From a virus (lineage: Duplodnaviria; Caudoviricetes): a stretch of 38,972 nt of DNA. The stretch is from IMG/VR virus record IMGVR_UViG_3300031184_000004, positions 1 to 38,972 of that record. The stretch is one strand, 5' to 3'. Shown here one piece after another: positions 8,687 through 16,900 of this stretch (position 1 is its first letter; each line of letters opens with the position of its first letter). The notes beneath the pieces are model-generated. The model saw only the letters and a list, made by a program, of their open reading frames with translations, had not been told where the DNA came from and did no database searches. A program made the translations under genes and the position numbers.

Positions 8687-9624
8687 TGGCGCTGACCGAG
8701 GCGACGAAAGCCAACCTGCGGCGTAAGTCCGGTTTCATTGACGATGTGCAGCGCGGCCCTGATGGGGCGCCCATGCCCAGCTGGCTTGACCTCAACCTGA
8801 CAGAGCTTTGCAACCGTTCCGCCGGTAGCAAGCGCCCTTGCGTCTTCTGTCCGCGCATTGACGCTGCGACCTACCCGAACCAGGCGCTTCACATGCCGCT
8901 CGGCCTGGTCAAGCGGATCCGCACGGAACTGCTCGGCCTCGACTTCAAGGGTGCCGTCGTGCTGTGCGGGTTCGGCGAGCCGATGTTGCATCCGGCATTC
9001 CTCGCCGTCGTCGCCGAGCTGTGCGGCCACGGTTGGCGCGTCGAGTTGGTGACGAACGGCGACAGGCTGACCGAGGACGGCGCCCGCGACCTCGCGCGCC
9101 TCGGCCTCGATTGCATCGTCGTGAGCATGTATGACGGGCCGCATCAGGTGCTCAGGTTCAAGGCGATGCTTGACGGCGCCGGCCTTGTCGAGGGTGACGG
9201 TTATATCTTGCGCGATCGATGGCATACCGAGGAAGATGGCTTTGGCTTGAAGCTCACAAATCGCGCGGGAGCCGTGACGATGGGCAAGCAAGATGCGGTA
9301 CAGCCGGAGCGGCCGTGTCACTATCTGGCCTATCAGATGACGGTTGATTGGAATGGGGACGTGCTGCTTTGTGTGCAAGATTGGTCGAAACGCGTCCGCT
9401 ACGGCAACCTCGTGCATCAAAATCTTTGGGAAATCTGGACATCTCCAGCTATGCACAAGCGGCGGCGTCAGCTATTCGCGGGCCGCGAGGGGATCAATCC
9501 GTGCAGCAATTGCAATACAGACGGAACTTTGCACGGCTTCAATCACGTCAAAGCTTGGCAGGAACCACGGCTATCATCGGCCACGGTCGATCTCCCGAGG
9601 GCCGAGGTTGGGGAACCCGCATAG
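8686..9624 (+). CDS. radical SAM protein with SPASM/twitch domain
   Basis: LNLTELCN...CVFCP, CGFGEPMLHP, LVTNG, VSMYD; C-terminal C..x..VDWNGDVLLC.QD...GN....LWEIW...C..C; start is GTG 8683 or ATG 8686. Confidence 0.9.
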   Translation: MALTEATKANLRRKSGFIDDVQRGPDGAPMPSWLDLNLTELCNRSAGSKRPCVFCPRIDAATYPNQALHMPLGLVKRIRTELLGLDFKGAVVLCGFGEPMLHPAFLAVVAELCGHGWRVELVTNGDRLTEDGARDLARLGLDCIVVSMYDGPHQVLRFKAMLDGAGLVEGDGYILRDRWHTEEDGFGLKLTNRAGAVTMGKQDAVQPERPCHYLAYQMTVDWNGDVLLCVQDWSKRVRYGNLVHQNLWEIWTSPAMHKRRRQLFAGREGINPCSNCNTDGTLHGFNHVKAWQEPRLSSATVDLPRAEVGEPA

Positions 9625-10208
9625 ACACGGCCGATCGCGTCGTGCGCATGTGGAATTGGGATTGGCAGGATCCGGCCGATTACGGCGAGCGCTACGACGT
9701 CGGCATAATCGAAACGCATCCCAAGATAATCAAGCAATGGCGCGAGCATAATCGCCGCATGCCGGCCGAGGCGTGGGTAGCGTCCATTCTCAATTGCCCG
9801 CGCGGGACGTTCTCGACGTTGCCCGAGCGCTCTATTACCGTCGAGCAGCATAGCCGCTGGATTGACCAGGAAGGCCGTGCGGCCGGTATCGAGGGCTGCG
9901 GCGAGACGGGGAACTGGGAACTCACGCGCGGCGGTATTGCGGCGTGCTGGGCAATGGAGAACGCGGCGCCCGGCGGCGAACTCATCCTGGTGGGTTTCGA
10001 CAACATCGCCGCCGGTGTCGCGCTCGCCCCTGACGCCGCGTTCTCGCCCACCTATCAGGCGCATGGCGGCTTTTGGGGAATGGACGGCTACAAGGCCGGC
10101 GCCACCAAGGAAGGCAATCACGACTATATAGCCGAGCGGCTATTGCTTGAGAGCATGGCGCGGCGGCTCGGCCTCGGCCTGCGGTTCGCGGAGCAGGTGT
10201 GGCAATAA
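9555..10208 (+). CDS. putative glycosyltransferase, GT29 (sialyltransferase)-like
   Basis: Sialylmotif L-like AIIGHGRS..G..WG..ID..D.VVR..N...DYG; S-like TRGGIA...LILVGFD; VS-like HDYIAE; start inferred at TTG 9555 (uncertain). Confidence 0.65.
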   Translation: MAGTTAIIGHGRSPEGRGWGTRIDTADRVVRMWNWDWQDPADYGERYDVGIIETHPKIIKQWREHNRRMPAEAWVASILNCPRGTFSTLPERSITVEQHSRWIDQEGRAAGIEGCGETGNWELTRGGIAACWAMENAAPGGELILVGFDNIAAGVALAPDAAFSPTYQAHGGFWGMDGYKAGATKEGNHDYIAERLLLESMARRLGLGLRFAEQVWQ

Positions 10209-10209
10209 T

Positions 10210-10644
10210 ATGCAACTTTATCCATGCACTGTCAAAGCAGCTTGTAAAATTGTCAAACAATGGCATAGGCATTTACCAGATTTACAAGGCGGTTTATTTG
10301 CTGTCTCTTGTATTTCTGATGGTGTAATTGTTGGTGTTGGTGTCGCTGGTAATCCTTCTAGAGTATGGCAACATGAGGCGAAGATTGTAATTAGTCGATG
10401 TGCAACAGAAGGTCATGAAAATGCATGCTCTATGATTTATGGGGCACTTGCGCGTGCAGCAAAAGCTTTAGGTTATAAAGAAATCTGGACATATACACTT
10501 CAAGACGAACCAGGTACATCTTTACGTGCATCAGGTTTTATGGATATGGGTTTGACATCCGGCGGTGAATGGTCGCGACCGTGTAGATTGCGTGCTGCGG
10601 CGAAGATTGCAGAACCTAAAAGGCGTTGGAAGCGGAATTTATGA
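10210..10644 (+). CDS. XF1762-family / Mom-like GNAT-fold protein
   Basis: WHRH, GV...G.P.R, SRCAT.G..NACSMIYGA..RAAKALGY..I.TYT...E.GTSLRASGF; noticeably AT-richer than neighbouring genes. Confidence 0.7.
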   Translation: MQLYPCTVKAACKIVKQWHRHLPDLQGGLFAVSCISDGVIVGVGVAGNPSRVWQHEAKIVISRCATEGHENACSMIYGALARAAKALGYKEIWTYTLQDEPGTSLRASGFMDMGLTSGGEWSRPCRLRAAAKIAEPKRRWKRNL

Positions 10645-11204
10645 TTGCATGTATTGTTGGTGGTGGCCCATCGGCGAAAGATTTAGACACGGAACAATTA
10701 CCCGGTTTGGTGATCGGCGTGAACGATGCCGGCTTGCTCAAGCCGTGCCATGCCTGGTTCACCCTCGATCACAACTACGCCCGCGCCGCTCGCGAGCGCA
10801 TCACCCGCTTGCCCAGTTCGACCGAGTTGCACATTTGCACCTATCACAAGAATTTCCACCACTTCGAGGGCTGGCGCGTCCAGCTGTGGCGGCGGGTTGC
10901 TCAGGCAATGCCGATGCTCGACGGCGCGACGTTGTCGAGCGGACCAGGCACCACGCCGGGTTGCTCAGGGTATGTGGCCATCAACCTTGCCGCCGCGCTC
11001 GGCGCCGAGCGCATCTATCTCTACGGCTATGACTTCCACCAGCCCTACAGCTATTTTTTTGATGACAAGCCGTTCCCCCGTAAGTCCGTACGCGAGGTGG
11101 TGGATAGCTTCACTCGGGTGGCGCGACACTATGAGCGAGCAGGGATCGAGGTGATCAACTGTAATCCCAACAGCGCAATCAAGGCTTTCAAGAATGCAGC
11201 GTAA
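10641..11204 (+). CDS. putative glycosyltransferase, GT42 (CstII)/DUF115-like
   Basis: CIVGGGPS.KDLD...LP, VIGVND, SGYVAINLAAALGAERIYLYGYDF, VINCNPNSAI; paralogous to 5770-6426; ATGA coupling. Confidence 0.7.
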   Translation: MIACIVGGGPSAKDLDTEQLPGLVIGVNDAGLLKPCHAWFTLDHNYARAARERITRLPSSTELHICTYHKNFHHFEGWRVQLWRRVAQAMPMLDGATLSSGPGTTPGCSGYVAINLAAALGAERIYLYGYDFHQPYSYFFDDKPFPRKSVREVVDSFTRVARHYERAGIEVINCNPNSAIKAFKNAA

Positions 11205-12006
11205 AGCGGTAATCATCGCCAACGAGAGCTTGCCGCATCACGCCAGCTTCGGGGGATCCTTCGCCAAGGGATTGGCGCGGCGTGGGTGGAAGGTGCTTGT
11301 CAGCACGAGCTATGCGCCGGCCGATCTCGTTGTGATGTGGGGCGTGCGCAACAAGGTGGCCATCGGCCAACAGCACGCGGCCGGCGGCGAGGTGTGCATT
11401 CTGGAACGCGGCTATCTCGGCGACCGCTTCGCTATGACCTCGGTCAGCTTTGGCGGTGGGCTCAACGGGCGCGGTCGGTTCGTCATCCCGCCGGGTGTCG
11501 GTGCCGAGCGGTTCGCCGAGATGGATATCGCTGTCCAGCCATGGGGGGACTTCTCGACGCGGCGCGGTCCGGCGGTGATCATGGGACAGGTGCTCGGCGA
11601 CCAAAGCGTGAAGCATGTCAACATTGGGAACTGGTATCGGACGGCGGCGGCGGGCTGCCGCGCGGCTGGATATGAGGTGCGGTTCCGTCCGCACCCAGGC
11701 GCGCGGGGCTCGCGAGATCTCCACGGGATGAAGGAGGCGCGCGGTAGCCTCGCCGAGGTGCTCGACGGCGCCGGATTGGTGGTGACCTTCAACAGCAACA
11801 GCGGCGTGGACGCGGTGCTCGCCGGCCGCGCAACCGTGGCCATGGATCCAGGCAGCATGGTGTGGGATATCGCGGCTCATGATATTGTGCCAACTGACAG
11901 ACTAGCATTCCCCGATAGATCGGCGTGGGCGGCGCGGCTCGCCTGGTGCCAATACTCTCGGGCGGAAATGGAAAATGGTTTCTGTGCCGAGGCGGTAGGG
12001 CTATGA
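11194..12006 (+). CDS. KpsS/KpsC-like (capsule-synthesis family) GT-B glycosyltransferase
   Basis: ILERGYL, GQV.GD.S, FRPHP, VVTFNSNSGVDAVLAG..TV, which are hallmark motifs of the KpsS/KpsC beta-Kdo-transferase family. Confidence 0.7.
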   Translation: MQRKAVIIANESLPHHASFGGSFAKGLARRGWKVLVSTSYAPADLVVMWGVRNKVAIGQQHAAGGEVCILERGYLGDRFAMTSVSFGGGLNGRGRFVIPPGVGAERFAEMDIAVQPWGDFSTRRGPAVIMGQVLGDQSVKHVNIGNWYRTAAAGCRAAGYEVRFRPHPGARGSRDLHGMKEARGSLAEVLDGAGLVVTFNSNSGVDAVLAGRATVAMDPGSMVWDIAAHDIVPTDRLAFPDRSAWAARLAWCQYSRAEMENGFCAEAVGL

Positions 12007-12188
12007 CGGAAGTGCTTTGCGATCTGCGTGTTGAAAAGGAAGGCAACCTTTTCGTGGTGCGTGATCAGGAAGGCCGCAAGGTTCGAGGTGTTCGTGCGAT
12101 TGCCATTAATCAGCGCATGAACGATGTCACCACAATCACATTGGAATTCATTCAATATAAAAGCGGTAAGCCTGAGGTGGCTCGATGA
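12003..12188 (+). CDS. small hypothetical protein (61 aa)
   Basis: ATGA overlaps on both sides indicate translational coupling. Confidence 0.6.
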   Translation: MTEVLCDLRVEKEGNLFVVRDQEGRKVRGVRAIAINQRMNDVTTITLEFIQYKSGKPEVAR

Positions 12189-12535
12189 CTGGAGCGGCGA
12201 TACTCACGAGCGTCATTACCTTGCAGCGCGTCACGATCGAACGTAACGGGCTCGGTGAGGGTGTGGAGACATGGACGACGTTGGCACAGCGCAAGGCACA
12301 GCGCGCCGACGTGTCCGCCGGTGAGGCGTTCCGCGCGCTGGAGGTGGGCGCGCAACTCTCGACGCGGTTCACGGTCCGCTACAGCCCCACGCTCGCAACG
12401 CTCAATCCCCTTGACCGCATCATATTCGACGGCCGCACCTTCAACATCACCGGCGTTCGCGAGAAGCAGCGCCGCCGCTGGATCGAGATTGACACGGTTG
12501 CGCGCGACGACATCGCGGCGGTGGAGACCACGTAA
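12185..12535 (+). CDS. head closure protein (SPP1 gp16-like head-tail adaptor)
   Basis: ITLQR......GE...TW, S.GE, TRFTVRY, DRI.FDGRTFNI.GV.E. Confidence 0.92.
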   Translation: MTGAAILTSVITLQRVTIERNGLGEGVETWTTLAQRKAQRADVSAGEAFRALEVGAQLSTRFTVRYSPTLATLNPLDRIIFDGRTFNITGVREKQRRRWIEIDTVARDDIAAVETT

Positions 12536-12922
12536 ATGGAAGAACTGTTGCTAGCGTTGCTGGAGGCGAGCACTCCGCTTGTTGCCCTGGTGGGCACCCG
12601 GATGAATTGGGGATCGCGCGAGCAGGCCGCCGCGTTGCCGGCCGTGACGCTCAACAAGGTATCCGGCGGGCCGCTCTATGCCGATGAGGGCGAGGTGGGG
12701 CTTGACGAAGTGCGCGTCCAAATTGACACCTGGGCAAGCAGCTTCTCGGCCGCCACGGCAGTAGCGCGCGAGGTGCGCGCCCAGATCTCGGGTTATGAGG
12801 ACGCCAACTTCCCCTATATCTCGCTCGACGTGGTGCGCGATTTGCGCGAGGGTGGTGCAAATCAAGCCGCGTACGAGTATAGGGTTTCCATGGATTTCAT
12901 CGTTTTGAGCAGGAGCATCTAA
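12536..12922 (+). CDS. tail terminator/completion protein (DUF3168-like)
   Basis: LVG.R, P.VT...VSG, RVQIDTWA.S...A..VA..VR, YRVSMDF. Confidence 0.88.
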   Translation: MEELLLALLEASTPLVALVGTRMNWGSREQAAALPAVTLNKVSGGPLYADEGEVGLDEVRVQIDTWASSFSAATAVAREVRAQISGYEDANFPYISLDVVRDLREGGANQAAYEYRVSMDFIVLSRSI

Positions 12923-12923
12923 G

Positions 12924-13340
12924 ATGGTCGCAGTTGCAGGCAGGCAAGTGACGTTCCTGTGGGGCGATGATAGCCCGCAGGTAGAAATTCCTGGTGTGCG
13001 CGAGAAGGGTATCGAACTTAACGGCGAGCCCATCGACATCACCAGCGATGAAAACGACGGATGGCGCACGCTGCTCAGCCTGCCGGCTGAGAACCAGGTG
13101 AACATTACGCTCAACGGCGTGACCAAGAACGCGCGGCTCAAGAACGATTGGTTCGCGGGCGCGTCCTCGACAAACCGCATGCAAGCCTTGACGCTCATTT
13201 TCCCTGATGGCGCGACGCTGACGGGAACGTTCTTCATGGCCAGCTTCAAGGAAACGGCGAGCTACAAAGACGCCATGACGTTTGAGGCGACGCTCAACAG
13301 CAGTGGAACGATCACCTACACGCCTGGTAGCCCGGCCTAG
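12924..13340 (+). CDS. tail tube (major tail) protein, TP901-1/GTA-like
   Basis: LNGE.IDITS.E.DGWRTLL, ITLNGV, FPDG..L.G.F, TFEATL.SSG.ITYTP. Confidence 0.92.
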   Translation: MVAVAGRQVTFLWGDDSPQVEIPGVREKGIELNGEPIDITSDENDGWRTLLSLPAENQVNITLNGVTKNARLKNDWFAGASSTNRMQALTLIFPDGATLTGTFFMASFKETASYKDAMTFEATLNSSGTITYTPGSPA

Positions 13341-13350
13341 GTCAACACCC

Positions 13351-13761
13351 ATGGACGAATTCAGGATCGAGGGGCTTGCCGAGCTGCAAGCCAAATTTAG
13401 AGAGCTTCCAAAGGGCGTGCAGCGCAGCACGCTCCAGCGGGTCGGCCGGAAGGTGCTTGCGCCGATCGCCGACAAAGCGCGGTCGCTTGCCCCTCGACGG
13501 TCCGGTAAGTTAAAGCGTTCTATCAAAGTATCGACAAGGTTATCTCGCCGACAATACTTGCTAGCTCGTGGTGAGGGTGACAACGTCAACATATACGCCG
13601 GAGCGGGTGCGCTACCTCAAGCCACTTTGCAAGAGTTCGGTACGTCCAACCTTCCTGCCCAACCATTCATGCGGCCGGCATGGGACGCGGGCAAGGATCA
13701 ATTGCTTAGCGATGTCAAAAATGAATTATGGTCTGAAATACAGAAAGTGATAGGGAAGTGA
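13351..13761 (+). CDS. HK97 gp10-like neck/tail-completion protein
   Basis: IEGL.EL, A.SLAP.RSGKLKRSI, QEFGT...PAQPFMRPAWD. Confidence 0.92.
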   Translation: MDEFRIEGLAELQAKFRELPKGVQRSTLQRVGRKVLAPIADKARSLAPRRSGKLKRSIKVSTRLSRRQYLLARGEGDNVNIYAGAGALPQATLQEFGTSNLPAQPFMRPAWDAGKDQLLSDVKNELWSEIQKVIGK

Positions 13762-14168
13762 TATTTAAACAAGTCGAACTTGATTGGGGAGATCAGACTT
13801 ACACTATCCCGCCAAATCGTATTCTCGGTGCTATTGCCATCATTGAAGAATACTTCACGTTTCAAGATCTTGCTGACGCGGTAAACAGTAAAAAGCTTTC
13901 GCTAACTACGTTGTCGCGCACCTATGGGGATATCCTTCGCTATGCTGGCGCGAGCGTGAGCGACGATGAGGTTTATGCCGGCATGTTCGCGGGGGACTTG
14001 TCTTCCCAGATCCGCCGGGCCGTCGAAACGCTGCTCGTGATGATGATACCGCCTTCCGTGTTTGCTGCGGCTGCGGCCGATACCGTCGAGGCACCAGCAA
14101 GGGGAAACGCCCGCGCGCCTCGCGGGCGCAACAAGGAAAAACCGTCAGGGGCGCATATCAAGCGCTAG
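13758..14168 (+). CDS. tail assembly chaperone (G-like)
   Basis: GTG start; lies between tail genes and tape measure; contains a slippery G GGA AAC near its 3' end. Confidence 0.8.
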   Translation: MIFKQVELDWGDQTYTIPPNRILGAIAIIEEYFTFQDLADAVNSKKLSLTTLSRTYGDILRYAGASVSDDEVYAGMFAGDLSSQIRRAVETLLVMMIPPSVFAAAAADTVEAPARGNARAPRGRNKEKPSGAHIKR

Positions 14169-14326
14169 TCTGCACAAGCCGCGTAATCCGTTCGGATTTT
14201 TGGTCAATGCAGCCTATAGAAATATGGTGGTGGCTCGATCATCTGAAACCCTCGCCGGAATACTGCGGCGGCATGTCAGAGGATGACGTAGCCGATATCT
14301 ACTACGAGGCATATGGCGATGGCTGA
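14102..14326 (+). CDS. -1 frameshift extension of tail assembly chaperone (GT-like product)
   Basis: The -1 frame from GGGAAAC (14102-14108) is open to TGA 14324-14326 and encodes ...DFWSMQPIEIWWW..., a typical T-domain signature. Confidence 0.8.
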   Translation, partial: GKRPRASRAQQGKTVRGAYQALVCTSRVIRSDFWSMQPIEIWWWLDHLKPSPEYCGGMSEDDVADIYYEAYGDG

Positions 14327-16064
14327 AAGCGAAATTGGTGCGTTGCGCGTTCGGCTCGGCTTCGATGCTGCCGACTTCGTCAAGGGCGTGGGCAAGGCCG
14401 AGGACACCATCAAGTCGCTTGCGGCCACGGCAACCAATGTCGGCGGCCTGATCGGCACGGCGCTCAAGGGCGGGATAGCCGCGATCGGCGCCGGCTTCAC
14501 AATCGCTGGTATCGTCAAGGTCGCCGACAGCTTGCACGACCTCGCCAAAACGGCCGACGATATCGGCGTGACCTCGACGCAGTTGCAAGAACTCGGCCAT
14601 GTCGCGCGGCAAGCCGGGCTCGATCATGAGGCATTCAACGAGACGTTGAAGACGTTCAAAGATCGGCTCAAGGAAGCGCATGACGGAAGCGGCGAGCTTG
14701 TAGATAAGCTCAAAGAAAATGATGCGGCGTTCCTGACGACATTGCGCAGCACAACCGATGTTGTAGCGGCGCTTAAATTGCTGGCCGATCATTACAATGA
14801 ATTGACAACCGAGGCCAAGCGCAGCGAGTTGGCAAACGCGGCATTCGGTGCAAATACAGAACAGCTTACCCGTTTGTTGTCGAATGGTAGCGCGGGCATT
14901 ACCAAGATGTCAGCCGAGGCCGCCGGCCTTGGTCTGGTGATGTCTGGCGCTTCCGTCAAAGTTGGAACCGACTTCGCCGAGGCAATCCGTTTGCTCACGG
15001 TAGCCGTGGATGAAAGCTCGGAAGCCTTTGGTGTTACGCTGAAAAACGCGGTGATCCTGGTCACGCCATTGCTGCTCGGCCTTGTCGATGTGGCGCGGGT
15101 GGTGATCGTCTCAATCCAGGGCATCAGCGAGGCGATCAAAAGCGCGTTCACCACTACGGCCGCGCAGGCCGTCGAGAGCCTGACCACGAAGGCCACTGAT
15201 GCCACGAATGCCCTGTCCGATGCAGAGGAACGGCTTGCCAAGCAACCGGGCGCCGTGGGGCTGGAGAACATCGTCAAGACGCGAAAGGGGCAGCTCGACG
15301 CGATCAACCAGCAACTCGCTATCGCTCAAGGTGAGCTTGACCGCACGACAAGCGGCGCGATGGGGCCAAATGTGGCGCCATCGACAGACAAGCTCCCCGA
15401 CATCAAAAAGACGGACGAAGAAAAAGCCGCAGCTAAAGCCGCCGAGCTTGCCGCCCAAAAGCAAATGAACCAGGAGTTGGACCGTTACAACACCTTGCGG
15501 CGCGAGGGCCTGAAGATAATTCAGGACACCTCCACGCCCGAAGAGCTGATGATTACTCAGCAAGAGAAGCTCAACAGGCTGTTGCAGGCTGGCGCGATCG
15601 ATGCGGAAACCTACGGCCGGGCAATGGAGAAAGCCACGCTGACGGCGGTGGGCGCCTATGCGAGCATGGCATCGAACATCGCGGGCAACCTGGAAAAGGT
15701 GTTTGCCAATTCCAAGGCCGTGGCCATCGCGTCGGCGTTGATCAACACCTTCGAGGGTGCCACGAAGGCGCTCGCCGCGTACCCGCCTCCATTCAACTTC
15801 GCCGCTGCGGCTGCCGTTGTCGCGGCCGGCCTCGCCCAGGTGGCCAACATCCGCAGCACGTCTAAGTCTTCCTCTGGTGGCGGTGGCGGATCCGCGTCGA
15901 GCGGCTCGACGGCCGCGAGCGGTGGGAGCGCGGCCGCCACTCCACAGCAAGGGCTTTACGTGAACCTTGAAGGCCAGAGCTTCGGGCGTGAGCAAGTAGT
16001 GGGGCTTATCGACTTGATCAACCAGGCCGGCCGCGACGGCTACAAAATCGAGGTGTCGAGATGA
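14313..16064 (+). CDS. tail tape measure protein
   Basis: EIGALRVRLG.D...F..G N-terminus; Ala-rich helical body; KAVAIA.ALINT...ATKALA C-terminus; start is 14313 or 14319. Confidence 0.92.
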   Translation: MAMAESEIGALRVRLGFDAADFVKGVGKAEDTIKSLAATATNVGGLIGTALKGGIAAIGAGFTIAGIVKVADSLHDLAKTADDIGVTSTQLQELGHVARQAGLDHEAFNETLKTFKDRLKEAHDGSGELVDKLKENDAAFLTTLRSTTDVVAALKLLADHYNELTTEAKRSELANAAFGANTEQLTRLLSNGSAGITKMSAEAAGLGLVMSGASVKVGTDFAEAIRLLTVAVDESSEAFGVTLKNAVILVTPLLLGLVDVARVVIVSIQGISEAIKSAFTTTAAQAVESLTTKATDATNALSDAEERLAKQPGAVGLENIVKTRKGQLDAINQQLAIAQGELDRTTSGAMGPNVAPSTDKLPDIKKTDEEKAAAKAAELAAQKQMNQELDRYNTLRREGLKIIQDTSTPEELMITQQEKLNRLLQAGAIDAETYGRAMEKATLTAVGAYASMASNIAGNLEKVFANSKAVAIASALINTFEGATKALAAYPPPFNFAAAAAVVAAGLAQVANIRSTSKSSSGGGGGSASSGSTAASGGSAAATPQQGLYVNLEGQSFGREQVVGLIDLINQAGRDGYKIEVSR

Positions 16065-16900
16065 GCATTGTAATCTCGTCAGATCTCGTCATCACGGACA
16101 GCGTATCTGGCGGCGGTGTCATCACCGGCGACAACCCGCTTATCGGTTATGACAACATCGTCACCACCTTGAGCATCAGCGCGTTGACCGCTGCGGCCGG
16201 TTTCCCAGCTTCGAACATGGCGAACCCGTCTACAAACCTGCGATGGGTGGGCGAGCTATCAAGTCCCGAGGCTGATGAGTATGTGACCGTTACGAACCTT
16301 GGGATTGCCACGCTCGACTATATCGCCATCGCCAAGCACAACCTGTTCACCGCGCAGATTGCCGTGAGCGTCGAGGCGCTCGACGTGGACGCCAGCCCTG
16401 ACACATGGGTGGAGCTGGTGGCGCCGGTGATCCTGCCCAATGATGGGCCCGCGCTGTTCCGCTTCACGCCATTTGCTTATGCCTCGATCCGGTTGCGGCT
16501 CCAGTCTGGCAACGCCGCGCCCACGATCGCGGTATGCTACGCCGGTGCGCTGCTCGTGCTGCAACGCCGGATCTATGTCGGCCACACGCCGATCAATTAC
16601 GGCCGCTCGGCCAAGGTCATCAACGCGCGCAGCGAGAGCGGCAACTTCCTCGGCCGCATCATCACCAATCAGAAGACGGCAACGGCGGTGAAGCTGCAAA
16701 ACCTCATGCCGGACTGGTATCGGACATATTTCGAACCCTTCCTGTTGCAAGCTCAAGAGAACCCGTTCTTTTTTGCCTGGCGCCCGTCGAGCTATCCGCG
16801 CGAGGTTGGCTACGCCTGGTTGACGAATGACCCGCAGCCCGCGAACCAGCGGCCCAACGGCATGATGAGCGTGGACTTTGAGATGGGCGGTATCGTCTAA
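16061..16900 (+). CDS. virion tail protein (distal-tail position)
   Basis: Directly after the tape measure; beta-rich N-terminal domain, C-terminal PFFFAWRP..YP.EVGY. Confidence 0.65.
   Translation: MSIVISSDLVITDSVSGGGVITGDNPLIGYDNIVTTLSISALTAAAGFPASNMANPSTNLRWVGELSSPEADEYVTVTNLGIATLDYIAIAKHNLFTAQIAVSVEALDVDASPDTWVELVAPVILPNDGPALFRFTPFAYASIRLRLQSGNAAPTIAVCYAGALLVLQRRIYVGHTPINYGRSAKVINARSESGNFLGRIITNQKTATAVKLQNLMPDWYRTYFEPFLLQAQENPFFFAWRPSSYPREVGYAWLTNDPQPANQRPNGMMSVDFEMGGIV

Noticed and set aside
9348-9554. N-terminal 69 codons of the 286-aa ORF in the track
   Set aside because: They lie wholly within the radical SAM SPASM domain in another frame; GT29-like similarity begins only near 9555
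5770-12006. Reading the cluster as a thymidine or 7-deazaguanine DNA hypermodification pathway (PLP and radical SAM enzymes occur in such pathways)
   Set aside because: I recognise no dUMP hydroxymethylase, 5-hmdU kinase, amino-acid:DNA transferase, DpdA or Que genes; the cluster is in the late structural operon and dominated by glycosyltransferase-like genes. Disfavoured rather than excluded.
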